DNA from: an uncultured bacterium
Lineage (GTDB): Bacteria; Babelota; Babeliae; Babelales; Babelaceae
Length of the DNA: 39,507 bases
Assembly: GCA_963819815.1 (NCBI GenBank)
Contig: CAWFXL010000002.1
Location: 1-39,507 of the forward strand
Direction of reading: 5' to 3'
The position numbers and the translations under genes were made by a program. Under the pieces are notes generated by a model. It was given only the letters and a program-made list of their open reading frames with translations, ran no database searches and was not told where the DNA came from. Positions 8,590 to 17,872 of this stretch are shown piece by piece; position 1 is the stretch's first letter, and each line of letters begins with the position of its first letter.

Positions 8590-9682
8590 GGGCCCTCCCA
8601 AATAGTTGTTTATACGCTCTCTTATCACCTTCTTCCACCTGCTCAAGTCCTGCTCTCTCCTGGGCATTCAACTGATTTTCTGGTATACTTTGAGCTTGTT
8701 GACCCTTTTCTTCAGATACTTCATGCTGAGGTACTTTATGTGGCTCTTGTGTACCCTTTTTGTCATCCTTCTTCTCTGTGCCAGCCCCCACATCAGGAGC
8801 CTGTTTGCTCCTATCAGGAGAGCGCTCTTGCTCCCTTTTGGGCTCATTTTTGCTCTCTTTGCCGTTCTTCTGATCACGATCGGATCCCGCCTTCGGCCGC
8901 TCAGGCCCCTTGCTGGATCGATCTTGCTCGCTTTTCTGTTCGTTTTTGCTTTGTTGGTCAGTCTGCTCGGGATTATCTTTGGATTCTTTATCTTCCTGTG
9001 GAACGTTATTATCTTGCTCTTTATTCCCCTGACCTTGATTGCCTTGCTGTCCTTTATCCTCTGGGCTCTTATCAGATTGGCCCTCTTGCCCTTCTGAATC
9101 TTTTTTTTCTTGTGTACCTTCGGGGCTTTGCTTTTGTTCTTGCGACTGGTCATCCTGTTTATTATTTTCAGAATCGCTCTCTTTTTTGGATGAGCCTTGT
9201 TCTTTAGTATCCTGAGAATCTTTTTTTTGATTCTTGTCACTCTGAGACTGTTCCTGATTTTTCTGTTGTTCCTTTTGCTTTTTAATAAGTTCAATACGCT
9301 CTTTTGCATGAGCATTATCGGGATTCATAGTAAGAACCTGCTCATAGGTAGCAAGTGCGCCCTCAAGGTTTTTTTGCATAAACTGTGTATCACCCTTATT
9401 AAATAATGCCTGCTCTTTAAGAAGTGCTGGACTATAAGAGGATCTACTTACCTCATCAAAGGCCTTCAGGGCTTTACCATAATCTTTTTGGGTGTAAGCT
9501 ACCTTACCAACATTATACAGAGCTGGCATATCAGATGCACTAGCAGCATCTTCATAGCGGGCTCGTGCCGTTTCAAGATCACCTGATCTATATGCTTGGT
9601 CACCTTGCCATGCGGTAAAAGAGCCAAGCTTTGCTAAGAGAGGAACATACAGAAAAAGAGAAATCCCTATAAGCCATTTCAT
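8549..9682 (-). CDS. batC: BatC-like TPR protein with long Q/K/E/D-rich low-complexity tail
   Basis: TPR-like helices (GDQAYRSGDLETARARYE; ALYNVGKVAYTQKDYGKAL; ALATYEQVLTMNPDNAHAKE), a low-complexity tail and terminal KNW. ATG 9682 overlaps the batB stop (ATGA). Confidence 0.8.
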   Translation of the reverse strand: MKWLIGISLFLYVPLLAKLGSFTAWQGDQAYRSGDLETARARYEDAASASDMPALYNVGKVAYTQKDYGKALKAFDEVSRSSYSPALLKEQALFNKGDTQFMQKNLEGALATYEQVLTMNPDNAHAKERIELIKKQKEQQKNQEQSQSDKNQKKDSQDTKEQGSSKKESDSENNKQDDQSQEQKQSPEGTQEKKDSEGQEGQSDKSPEDKGQQGNQGQGNKEQDNNVPQEDKESKDNPEQTDQQSKNEQKSEQDRSSKGPERPKAGSDRDQKNGKESKNEPKREQERSPDRSKQAPDVGAGTEKKDDKKGTQEPHKVPQHEVSEEKGQQAQSIPENQLNAQERAGLEQVEEGDKRAYKQLFGRAHAGGRLQPGQKNW

Positions 9683-10662
9683 AGTATCCAATCGAGAAAA
9701 AGAAGAATCGCACCTATTAGCGCAAAAAGCGTATAGCGCTCCTCTTGGGTTGCAAACGTCGTATCATCGAATTTTTCCTTTTCAAAATGGTGCACCGCCT
9801 TCACGAGAGCTGACATATCCTCATCGTTCGGTGTCATACGTATATACGTACCTCCCGTTTTTTTGGCAAGATCACTTAACAGCTGCTCATTGAGTCTCGT
9901 AATAACCAGATTTCCTTGAGCATCCTTCTGATGGCCCTGGGTCTTACCCCGCTCATCGTATAAAGGAATTGGAGCACCTTCGGGTGTACCTACCCCTACG
10001 GTAAAAATATGTACTCCAAGCTTTTGAGCTTGTGCTTCGACTCCTAACAAATCGGTCGAGAAATCTTCACCATCGGTAAACAAAACCAACAACCGAGAGG
10101 CTCGTCCAGGAATATCTTCAAATGTCTTGATAGCCGTTGAAAGAGCAGCATCAATCGCCGTAGTGCCAGTAGATACAGCTTCTACATCTGCCAAATCAAG
10201 AAAATTAAGAAACGCATGTGTATCACTGGTAAAAGGACATTGTACCAGCGCTATCCCAGAAAAGACAAGCAAGCTCACCCTTTCAGCAGTCAAACGGGAA
10301 AGAAGCTCTTTAATCTTTTTCTTCGCTGCATCAATACGTGAAGGAAGAATATCCTGCGCAAGCATACTTCGAGAAATATCAAGAGCGATAAGCACATCAC
10401 GGCCCTCTTGAGAGACCGTCTGAGAAACTTCTCCCCATTGCGGCCGTGCAAGAGCAATTGCTAACAGTAAAAGGCTCACACTCACTAAGATCGTTTTAAG
10501 AAATTTACGAAACAACGAAAAATGCTTAAGTCTGTTCATTCCTCCAAGCTGCTGTGATACCCTCTTTTGCCAGAGGTACCGGCGAAATAGCAACAAAGCA
10601 CCGCAGAAAGCGATACTCAGAAGAACGATAAAAACTTTTGGGTACAGTACCAGATGTATCAT
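9679..10662 (-). CDS. batB: BatB-like VWA domain membrane protein
   Basis: ALARPQWG, MIDAS LDISRSM, PFTSD, LFTDGED, IFTVGVGTPEGAPIP, TGGTYI; ATG 10662 overlaps the batA stop. Confidence 0.88.
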   Translation of the reverse strand: MIHLVLYPKVFIVLLSIAFCGALLLFRRYLWQKRVSQQLGGMNRLKHFSLFRKFLKTILVSVSLLLLAIALARPQWGEVSQTVSQEGRDVLIALDISRSMLAQDILPSRIDAAKKKIKELLSRLTAERVSLLVFSGIALVQCPFTSDTHAFLNFLDLADVEAVSTGTTAIDAALSTAIKTFEDIPGRASRLLVLFTDGEDFSTDLLGVEAQAQKLGVHIFTVGVGTPEGAPIPLYDERGKTQGHQKDAQGNLVITRLNEQLLSDLAKKTGGTYIRMTPNDEDMSALVKAVHHFEKEKFDDTTFATQEERYTLFALIGAILLFLDWIL

Positions 10663-11639
10663 AATCGAACCCATATAAGTGTAGTCATGAGCAGTTCAGC
10701 AAGAAAAAGAAACGCTGCTGCCCATAAAAAATACATAAAATATTCAAGGTAGCGAGCATATACCGGCATCTCATGCTCAGTGCGCTCAAGTAGATCGATG
10801 GTATCATAAATCTTTTCAAGCTCTTGAGGATTGCGCGCAGTAAAAGAGCTCCCTCCCGTTTCCTTTGCATAGTAATTGAGTAACTGCTCATTATACTGAG
10901 TCCTATGTTGTTGCCATCCAAAAAAGTTATTAAAGTACCAGCCACCATCTGGTGCTCCGATACCTATCGTATAAATCTTTATGCCCAGCTTTTTGGCAAG
11001 ATCAACAGCAACTTTTGGATTAATATCATTGGGCGACGGTGCTCCATCAGTAAGCACAATCATAATACGAGAGGCTGCTTTTGATTTTTTCAAGCGATTT
11101 GCTGCCACAATGATACCATCAGAAAGCACCGTACCCTCTACAGGTATCGTCTCAACCGTCGTTTGTTTAAGCAGCTCTTCAAGCATATGCTTATCAAGAG
11201 TCAGAGGACATCGGGTTACGGCTACTCCTGAGAAAATAACTAATCCCATCGGGTCATTGACCCGCTTTTTGATAAACTTAATTGCTTCATCTCGTGCAAT
11301 ATCAATACGTGACCGCTCAGTAGACCGATCATCAATCAACTGCATACTTCCCGAAGCATCAAATACGAGCATAATATCTACGCCCTTCACCGGAACTTTG
11401 GTCCGCTCATCAGGTTCTCTAAATCTGGCGAGTGCCAAACAAATTGATGTAAGCACTGAAAGTCTTAGCAAAAAGGGAATAATGGTGTGCCATTGTCCTC
11501 TATACATAAGTGCCTTCAAAGGCAGTAGTGAAGAATAACGGTATACCGGCTCTTTGTAATAGAACCAACGGAAAAGAGCCGCTATGAGAAGTATCGGCAG
11601 CCCTATAAAAAGGAAATAAGGATAGACTACTTCGAGCAT
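10659..11639 (-). CDS. batA: BatA-like VWA domain membrane protein
   Basis: ALARFR, GVDIMLVFDASGSM (MIDAS), CPLTLD, VLTDGA, IKIYTIGIG, AKETGG, LEKIYDTIDLLE; ATG 11639 with GGGGA RBS. Confidence 0.88.
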   Translation of the reverse strand: MLEVVYPYFLFIGLPILLIAALFRWFYYKEPVYRYSSLLPLKALMYRGQWHTIIPFLLRLSVLTSICLALARFREPDERTKVPVKGVDIMLVFDASGSMQLIDDRSTERSRIDIARDEAIKFIKKRVNDPMGLVIFSGVAVTRCPLTLDKHMLEELLKQTTVETIPVEGTVLSDGIIVAANRLKKSKAASRIMIVLTDGAPSPNDINPKVAVDLAKKLGIKIYTIGIGAPDGGWYFNNFFGWQQHRTQYNEQLLNYYAKETGGSSFTARNPQELEKIYDTIDLLERTEHEMPVYARYLEYFMYFLWAAAFLFLAELLMTTLIWVRL

Positions 11640-11649
11640 AGACAATCCC

Positions 11650-12387
11650 CTACTGGCGACTATGGTACTGATTATACTGTTTTACAAACCATGCATGCAC
11701 ACGCCGTGCAAAAGCAGCTTCGGTTTCATGTTCAGACATATACATCGGTTCACCGATAACAACATCAAGAGGACTCGGATAAATATAAAATGAGTATACC
11801 GGATAAATGAGCGTATTATTAGGCATAAATATAGGTACCACGGGCCTTCTTGTAAGCTTTGCAATTAAGGCAAATCCCTCATAAAACTCATGAATAGCTC
11901 CATCTTTGTAGCGCATACCCTCGGGAAAGATGAGTAAATGTCCCGGCTTATCTTTTAAAAAGCGTATCATTTTAAGGAGCGATCCAGCTGCTTTTCCTGG
12001 TTGAGAGCGCTCAACAGGCACGAACATGCGTCGTATAAAAAATCCAAGAACCGGCATATCAAGATAGTAAGCAAGTACTAACCAGACATGTGAAGAGCCC
12101 CGACAAAGAGATCCTAATACCGGTATATCAAAAGCTGACTGGTGATTGGCAGCAAATATGGCAGGTTCGTGAGGTAAGTTCTTTTCACCTGTTATGGCCA
12201 TGCGATTTAATGAGGAATAACAGATCCAGAGGTAGAACCAATACAGCAGCATAAAGAAAACCTTATTATCATATCGAAAGCGCGCAGGCAAGCACGCCAA
12301 CAAAAAGAGTGGCGGCACAAAAATAAGAAGACCGATTCCACATAAAAGATAACAAAAAAGGGTACGTATTAGTAATAATAGCTTCAT
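11650..12387 (-). CDS. plsC: 1-acyl-sn-glycerol-3-phosphate acyltransferase (lysophospholipid acyltransferase family)
   Basis: ANHQSAFD (HX4D), FVPVER, LIFPEGMR, PVVPI motifs. Confidence 0.9.
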   Translation of the reverse strand: MKLLLLIRTLFCYLLCGIGLLIFVPPLFLLACLPARFRYDNKVFFMLLYWFYLWICYSSLNRMAITGEKNLPHEPAIFAANHQSAFDIPVLGSLCRGSSHVWLVLAYYLDMPVLGFFIRRMFVPVERSQPGKAAGSLLKMIRFLKDKPGHLLIFPEGMRYKDGAIHEFYEGFALIAKLTRRPVVPIFMPNNTLIYPVYSFYIYPSPLDVVIGEPMYMSEHETEAAFARRVHAWFVKQYNQYHSRQ

Positions 12388-12505
12388 GCCACTAGTGTAC
12401 CATTACCGTGCGAATGATCAATGGGCTGTATATCCCAGGGCCATCTTATCTAGTCTGCCGATTGCGCTAGCACCTATTTTATCATTCCAGTGCAACCAAA
12501 TCACA

Positions 12506-13579
12506 CTAAGCCAAGAGAGCTGCTCGATCATGATAATTTTGCATTAACGCACAGTCCCTAGGCCTTCGCCAACTGTTATTTCTAATATACCTGTTTGCTC
12601 CACCTCGAACTAATTCCTGTATACAAAGAACATACCTTGCATGCTCACTAAGAACATTTTTTTCTTGAGCAGCTCTGTGCAGAGGGGTCTCTCCCTTACA
12701 ATTCGCTGCATCCAAATCAGCTCGATTAGCCAATAATATTTGCATACAGGCAACCTGCGCCCTTGCAGCTGCAAGGTGCAGTGGAGTATTGCCATTTATA
12801 TCCTTAGCATTCACATCTGTACCTGCTTCTATTAATGCCTCGAGACAACCGGAATGGCCCAGTTCAGCTGCCAAATGAGTAGGCGTATATTTACGTGAAA
12901 ATCCAGAGAAGAGATAACAGGTCATTACATAAGGAGCACGGCCTACAGCATTTATAAAATCAAAATACCTGAGTTGATTTGCTGGCGGCACATTGGGTAT
13001 AGCTGGCCTTATTAGCGGTAGCCACAATAAGATACGTAAGGTTTGTACATGATTGCCTTTAATGGCAAGGACAATAGGGCTCTCACTGCCTGTACGGTGA
13101 GAATATCTATTTGCACCTCCGTTTAGTAAAGCTATGACGCTATTAACATCTCCTCTTTCTGCTGCTAGTTGGAGCGGTGTTTCACCAAACTTAGTCCTCG
13201 CTTCCACATTTGCCCCAGCAGCTAATAGTGCCGTTACAGAATCTGTTTGACAAGCTCTTAATGCATAATGGAGAGCAGTATACCCTTGGTAATCGCGCAC
13301 ATCTACGTTTGTTCCAGCATCCAATAACTGCCGCAATAAGCCAAGACGACCTGTAAGCGCGACATAGTGAAGGGGCATGTTTGTATCTACTTCATTTAAC
13401 ATCGAATAAAAGGCATCACCCCTCCTTGGCTGCCGATCTTCCTCATAATCCAGTGCTCGCAATCTGGCAACATCAATATTCATACGACCTGGAGCCACTT
13501 CCTGAATCACAGGCATTGCTATATTCATAGCAGGTGCATAAGAAGTAACCATACAACATACTAGTAGTATTCTTTTCAT
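12506..13579 (-). CDS. Ankyrin-repeat protein with signal peptide
   Basis: Multiple TALHYA/TPLQLAA/TPLHLAA/TPLHRAA repeats with GA-NV/DV tails; N-terminus MKRILLVCCMVTSYAPA-M. Confidence 0.93.
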   Translation of the reverse strand: MKRILLVCCMVTSYAPAMNIAMPVIQEVAPGRMNIDVARLRALDYEEDRQPRRGDAFYSMLNEVDTNMPLHYVALTGRLGLLRQLLDAGTNVDVRDYQGYTALHYALRACQTDSVTALLAAGANVEARTKFGETPLQLAAERGDVNSVIALLNGGANRYSHRTGSESPIVLAIKGNHVQTLRILLWLPLIRPAIPNVPPANQLRYFDFINAVGRAPYVMTCYLFSGFSRKYTPTHLAAELGHSGCLEALIEAGTDVNAKDINGNTPLHLAAARAQVACMQILLANRADLDAANCKGETPLHRAAQEKNVLSEHARYVLCIQELVRGGANRYIRNNSWRRPRDCALMQNYHDRAALLA

Positions 13580-13642
13580 CGATGTTTTCCTTTGGTATAA
13601 TGGACAATATTTTGATATTGAAACGATCCTGTAATGTTATGA

Positions 13643-14617
13643 TCAAAAGAAGATTCTTGCCGCGTACAATATAATTCCTGAAATATATGACTGTCTATGG
13701 ATGTTCTGATGGTTAGTTAGTTCCCTTGCACAGTCCAGCTGTCGATTACTGACAGCTACGACAGCTGGTGATTGACGAATCATATTCAATATTAGCGCAT
13801 TTGCTCCACCTCGTAATAACGCCCGTACACATACAATATCTCCCCGTGCGGCTGCAACATGGAGAGGTGTTTCACCCCACATATCCTGTCTGTTTGGATC
13901 AGCACCACTTGCTAATAATGCCTGCACACAAGGAACATGACCACCCAGTGCTGCCAGATGAAGTGCTGTAGATCCGACTTCGTCATGTGAATTTTTATCG
14001 ATTACTCTGTCTAACAATTGATTTAGACAATCAATATAACCCCATCTAGCAGCATCTCTAAGTAGCATTTGAAGCTTAATAGGACTGTAAGGGTTAAAAA
14101 TAATACCGCGGTCTTGGTCTGGCCGGGTATTTAATAATGCATGTACACAATTTCCACGATTGTGCCATACAGCCCAGTCAATAGGACTGTCACCGTAAGC
14201 AGCCTCTGGAAAAGTGTTTGCACCTTTTCTTAATAATGCTACAACACAACGATCGTGGCCAGCTTCAGCTGCAAAATGAAGGGGAGTGAAATTAATACGA
14301 TTTCGCACATGTATATCTGCGCCTCTCTCGAGTAATAGAGTGAGGCTATCAAAATGACCTTTGCTAGAAGCCAAATGCAGAGCTGTCTCACCACTTAAGT
14401 TTTGTGCATTTATATCGATACCAGTATCCAACAACAGAGTTAATATGAAAGCCAAGCCATTTTGGGCAGCCTCGTGAAGTGTCATTGTTGCTACTCGCAT
14501 TACCTCATTGTTTACTTGCGGCAGAGTGTTTGGAGCTTGCAAAACTATGTTCATGGCGTAAATATGAGATGCTAATAGATAAGAAGCATAACATGCTCTA
14601 AAGACTAGTTTTTTCAT
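13643..14617 (-). CDS. Ankyrin-repeat protein with signal peptide
   Basis: GETALHLAS, TPLHFAA, STALHLAA, GETPLHVAA repeats; N-terminus MKKLVFRACYASYLLASHIYA-M. Confidence 0.93.
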   Translation of the reverse strand: MKKLVFRACYASYLLASHIYAMNIVLQAPNTLPQVNNEVMRVATMTLHEAAQNGLAFILTLLLDTGIDINAQNLSGETALHLASSKGHFDSLTLLLERGADIHVRNRINFTPLHFAAEAGHDRCVVALLRKGANTFPEAAYGDSPIDWAVWHNRGNCVHALLNTRPDQDRGIIFNPYSPIKLQMLLRDAARWGYIDCLNQLLDRVIDKNSHDEVGSTALHLAALGGHVPCVQALLASGADPNRQDMWGETPLHVAAARGDIVCVRALLRGGANALILNMIRQSPAVVAVSNRQLDCARELTNHQNIHRQSYISGIILYAARIFF

Positions 14618-15077
14618 AGGAAACCTGCTCCCGTTGAAGATAGAATCAACTCATTGGCTCTCATTTTTTAGCACGAAGATATATTTATTGCAAGAAGTTT
14701 GCCGGGCCACCTCACTTAAAAATGAGCTGCCAAAATCTTTTCAAGAGCTCCATGCTGTCATGAACCTTATTCAGCGTATACTAGCTTGATAGACCGCTGC
14801 ATTATTGAGGAAGTTTAAAGGAAAACGCCTCCATGCAGCCATATTTGCGGAGTATTGTCTTTTCTAATGTTACTTTAATCCTCTCAAAAAGCCATATTAA
14901 GCCCCTACTCTAATAAGTTCCCGATACCCCTGGGGCCTCTAACTGGCACCAACATGTTCTTCGCATCAATTCCTAAACTACTACTTTGATAGTGAGTCTC
15001 ACAGGAAACTAGTATTGCATGCTTTTAATGTTTTTTAAGATGAGGTAGCCCTGCTGCCTTGTATACAAATGAGCGAC

Positions 15078-16812
15078 CTAGAATGATACGGCAACCTTAA
15101 CCCAAACACCCCATTGGTTAAGAGCTCCCAATAGTCGCTCTTTACCATCAGCCTCAAGTTCGCCCCCTATACCAATCTGCGGTTCCCAAGGGCGATTGCC
15201 CGCTGTGTAACTCAGATGGACAAAGAACTTATGGGTCAGCTGGTGAGGCACCGTGCCGCTAATAAGATCTAAACTCTCAGTGGTTATGATAAGAGGTGGT
15301 ACTGACTCTAAGGCTAGTTTGAAAGGAGGAACGGTTGGACTATCCCAGGTGATAGCAACTTCTCCCGTTTCAAGTTCAATTGCAGCAGGATTGGAAACGG
15401 GCCCTCCTTGATTAATACGCGCTTGCTGCTGTACTGAATTAAGTTTTTCAAGACCCTCAATTGTATCTGCATCAGTATCAAGGATGCGGTAGTAGGCCCC
15501 TTCGGTTCCTTTTATCCCAAATCTGCGATTATTTAAATCTGATGGATGAAAGTGTTCCTGCAGGCGTATCTTTTCTTTAGATCGAGCATAGATATTATAC
15601 CCAAGATCAAGGCCCCAACGATCATAATAGTAGGTAAGCTTTAGCGCGGCATCCAGTTTAGCACTTCCTCCCACACGAACCGCTCGTGTTGTAAAGTCTA
15701 CCGCATTGATCAAAGAGCCAGTATAGGTACCCTCACTATCAAATTCTTTTAAGAGCATATAGCGACTCAGAGGACCATGCTCGATCAGATCAAACGAGCG
15801 TCTTTGAAACTTCTTAAATTGATGAGACAAGTATCCATTACCTGAAAGTGAAAGAATATGAAGCCCGCACCGCATAAGATCTACATGGCCAGAGATACCT
15901 GGTCCAAGTTCCCACAATCTGCCTGATCCTACAATCGGTTCAAAAATAAATTCACTGCGCGGCACATTACCCGCAGGCGCAATAGCAATAAGATACACAC
16001 TGGCATGGCTTGCTTCATCAGCATGCCAATTATACCCTACAACAAAATCAAATTGAGGAACTGCCGTTTTTTGAAGTACGACCGCAGGGGAATTTCCCAA
16101 ATACAAGCGGTTGGTCCATATCTCCAAATACAAAGTCTCCTGACAATGCCTCGCGAATACTTAGCGCTGGTTCATCTGGAGATTGAGACATATAGCCTGA
16201 GGGAAAGAAGGGAGACTCTTGGTTCACCACATTATTCTTTTCATTGCAATGGATACCAAGATCCCAACGGGTTACAACAACAGGAAAGTTGAACCGAAAA
16301 TAGAGCCCTGGGTACCAGCAATCAAGGCCTAGATAATAGTTCATATCAAGAATTATATTATCAATGCGTGGCTTAAAAGCGATAGAGCCTTCAAACAGAG
16401 TGCTTAAACCAAAGTAATCCGCAAGAAGATCCTCTGGATTCCTGTCTTCAACCTGGCTTCCTGAGAAATGGAGCTGTGTGCTTCCAAAAAGATACTGAGC
16501 TATCCGCTGTCCATGACGAGAGTGCGAATTCTCTGTTGTCAATGACCAGTTACCCCATGCAAGACCATCGCATGTAGGAAGGTATTCCTTCCACCCTGCA
16601 AGATAACGAGCCATATTGGACCCTTGGGATCGGGGAAGGAAAAGTGTTCTTTGGCCACATGGAGAAACCTTTTTTCTTTCACAGGGCAATTTCTTACGAG
16701 TGAATGTTATAGGGTTACACCCGTGAGCATGCAGCATGGTGTCACCCATTGCAGCCATGAAACCTAGAAACCACAACGATAAGGAATTTTGCAGGCGAAA
16801 ATGTTTTTTCAT
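15078..16812 (-). CDS. Large exported hypothetical protein, possible beta-barrel outer-membrane protein; split by a +1 frameshift near 16067-16072
   Basis: ORFs 16048..16812 and 15078..16133 join at FPCGRT|(S)KTAVPQFDF across an A6 run; span 1735 nt = 3n+1. Signal peptide, Gly/aromatic beta-strand-like segments, C-terminus WGVWVKVAVSF. Confidence 0.7.
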
Positions 16813-16920
16813 AGCTATCTCTGCTTTTTGATCGACTTTTAAGCTATGGGCAGTATACTCTTACCTGAGCTTTTTTGTAAAGTTCAACTAAGCATAAGAA
16901 GATCCAACTTATCCAAGGCT

Positions 16921-17688
16921 ATGGTAAAAAGCATATTTATACTATGGAACCTCAATGTTATCCTAGAATCGCTGCCCATAAGCAGTTCTGGGCATCTCAA
17001 GCTGCTTACTCATTTCCTTTTTCGTACAACTAAGCATGCCATAGATAGCTCAACTGAGCATCTCATGCATATTCCCAATGGCATTCTCATTCTTATTTTC
17101 CTCATGTATCAAAATACTGGTCATCTAAGCACCCTAACCATGGTACTCTCTTTTGGGCTTGCGATAGCGATTACTAATGCACTCACAGGATGTGCCTATC
17201 TCACCATTAAAAATACACTTGAAAGAGTTCCCCTTTCCTTAGGATTTTTATGTTCTGGCCTTGCCCTTCTTTCTCTTTCCTATGCCCCTGTTGGAACACT
17301 TACAACTATAAGCTTGTACCACGCCTTTCTTATCGGCATTGCACAAACTGTAGCACTTATACCAGGAGTATCTCGCATGGCACTTACCACCGCGACAGGA
17401 ATCTGGCTTGGCATCGATCCACACCTCAGTTTTTTCTATTCGTTAGCTTGTGAACTAATTCTTATCTTGATAGCAGTCGGAACGGCACTGCAAAAAAAAG
17501 GTTCTGCATTGGTAAGCGCACTTTCACGTGTTGAGCTGGCTATCCTTGCAGGAAGCTCAATTGTTTCCTATGCTGCTCTTTCTTTATCCTGCGCAGCATT
17601 TGTTACTACTTTTGTAGTCTTTATTGGATGGTACCTTCTTGCCGTAAGCTTTATCATCGGTTTTTCTTCTTTACAAAAATCTGCATAG
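16921..17688 (+). CDS. uppP: Undecaprenyl-diphosphate phosphatase (BacA/UppP)
   Basis: ESLPISSSGHL and IGIAQTVALIPGVSR motifs; multi-TM. ATG 16921 preferred over 16846. Confidence 0.88.
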   Translation: MVKSIFILWNLNVILESLPISSSGHLKLLTHFLFRTTKHAIDSSTEHLMHIPNGILILIFLMYQNTGHLSTLTMVLSFGLAIAITNALTGCAYLTIKNTLERVPLSLGFLCSGLALLSLSYAPVGTLTTISLYHAFLIGIAQTVALIPGVSRMALTTATGIWLGIDPHLSFFYSLACELILILIAVGTALQKKGSALVSALSRVELAILAGSSIVSYAALSLSCAAFVTTFVVFIGWYLLAVSFIIGFSSLQKSA

Positions 17689-17776
17689 TACGGTATTTGC
17701 GTCTGCATGTAGCATCCTACATTGAACCAACAAGTCTCTTGGTTTCTCAAGATCAGGTACAAACTCTTGAAAGTAA

Positions 17777-17811
17777 GATGGCTCCTCTAAATTCGATATA
17801 GAGGAGCCATC
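17777..17811. terminator. Perfect 13-bp hairpin between convergent uppP and the GH3 gene
   Basis: GATGGCTCCTCTA-aattcgata-TAGAGGAGCCATC. Confidence 0.7.
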
Positions 17812-17872
17812 GTCATACCAGAATAGAAAAAACTGGTGTTCTTACCCAGTAGATTTCACTAGCTCCCGTCGA

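Noticed and set aside
8606..9406. Long hydrophobic + strand ORFs (8606..9097, 8740..9207, 9197..9406) and the alternate-frame ORF 8668..9315
   Set aside because: Shadows of the low-complexity Q/K/E/D tail of batC, whose codons give few stops and F/L-rich antisense translations.
10981..11538. 185-aa antisense ORF within batA, and similar antisense ORFs in batB, batD, the ABC ATPase and htpX
   Set aside because: Fully antisense to well-supported genes, with no independent motifs.
14620..15077. ~460-nt gap with short palindromes (GTGAGTCTCAC; GCTGCAT...ATGCAGC)
   Set aside because: No periodic repeats, ORF or recognisable RNA motif; consistent with ordinary promoter/terminator sequence.
16064..16075. 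A_AAA_AAC slippery heptamer in frame at the split of the putative outer-membrane protein gene, suggesting programmed -1 frameshifting
   Set aside because: The downstream ORF is in the +1 frame; the -1 frame reaches TAG within about ten codons.
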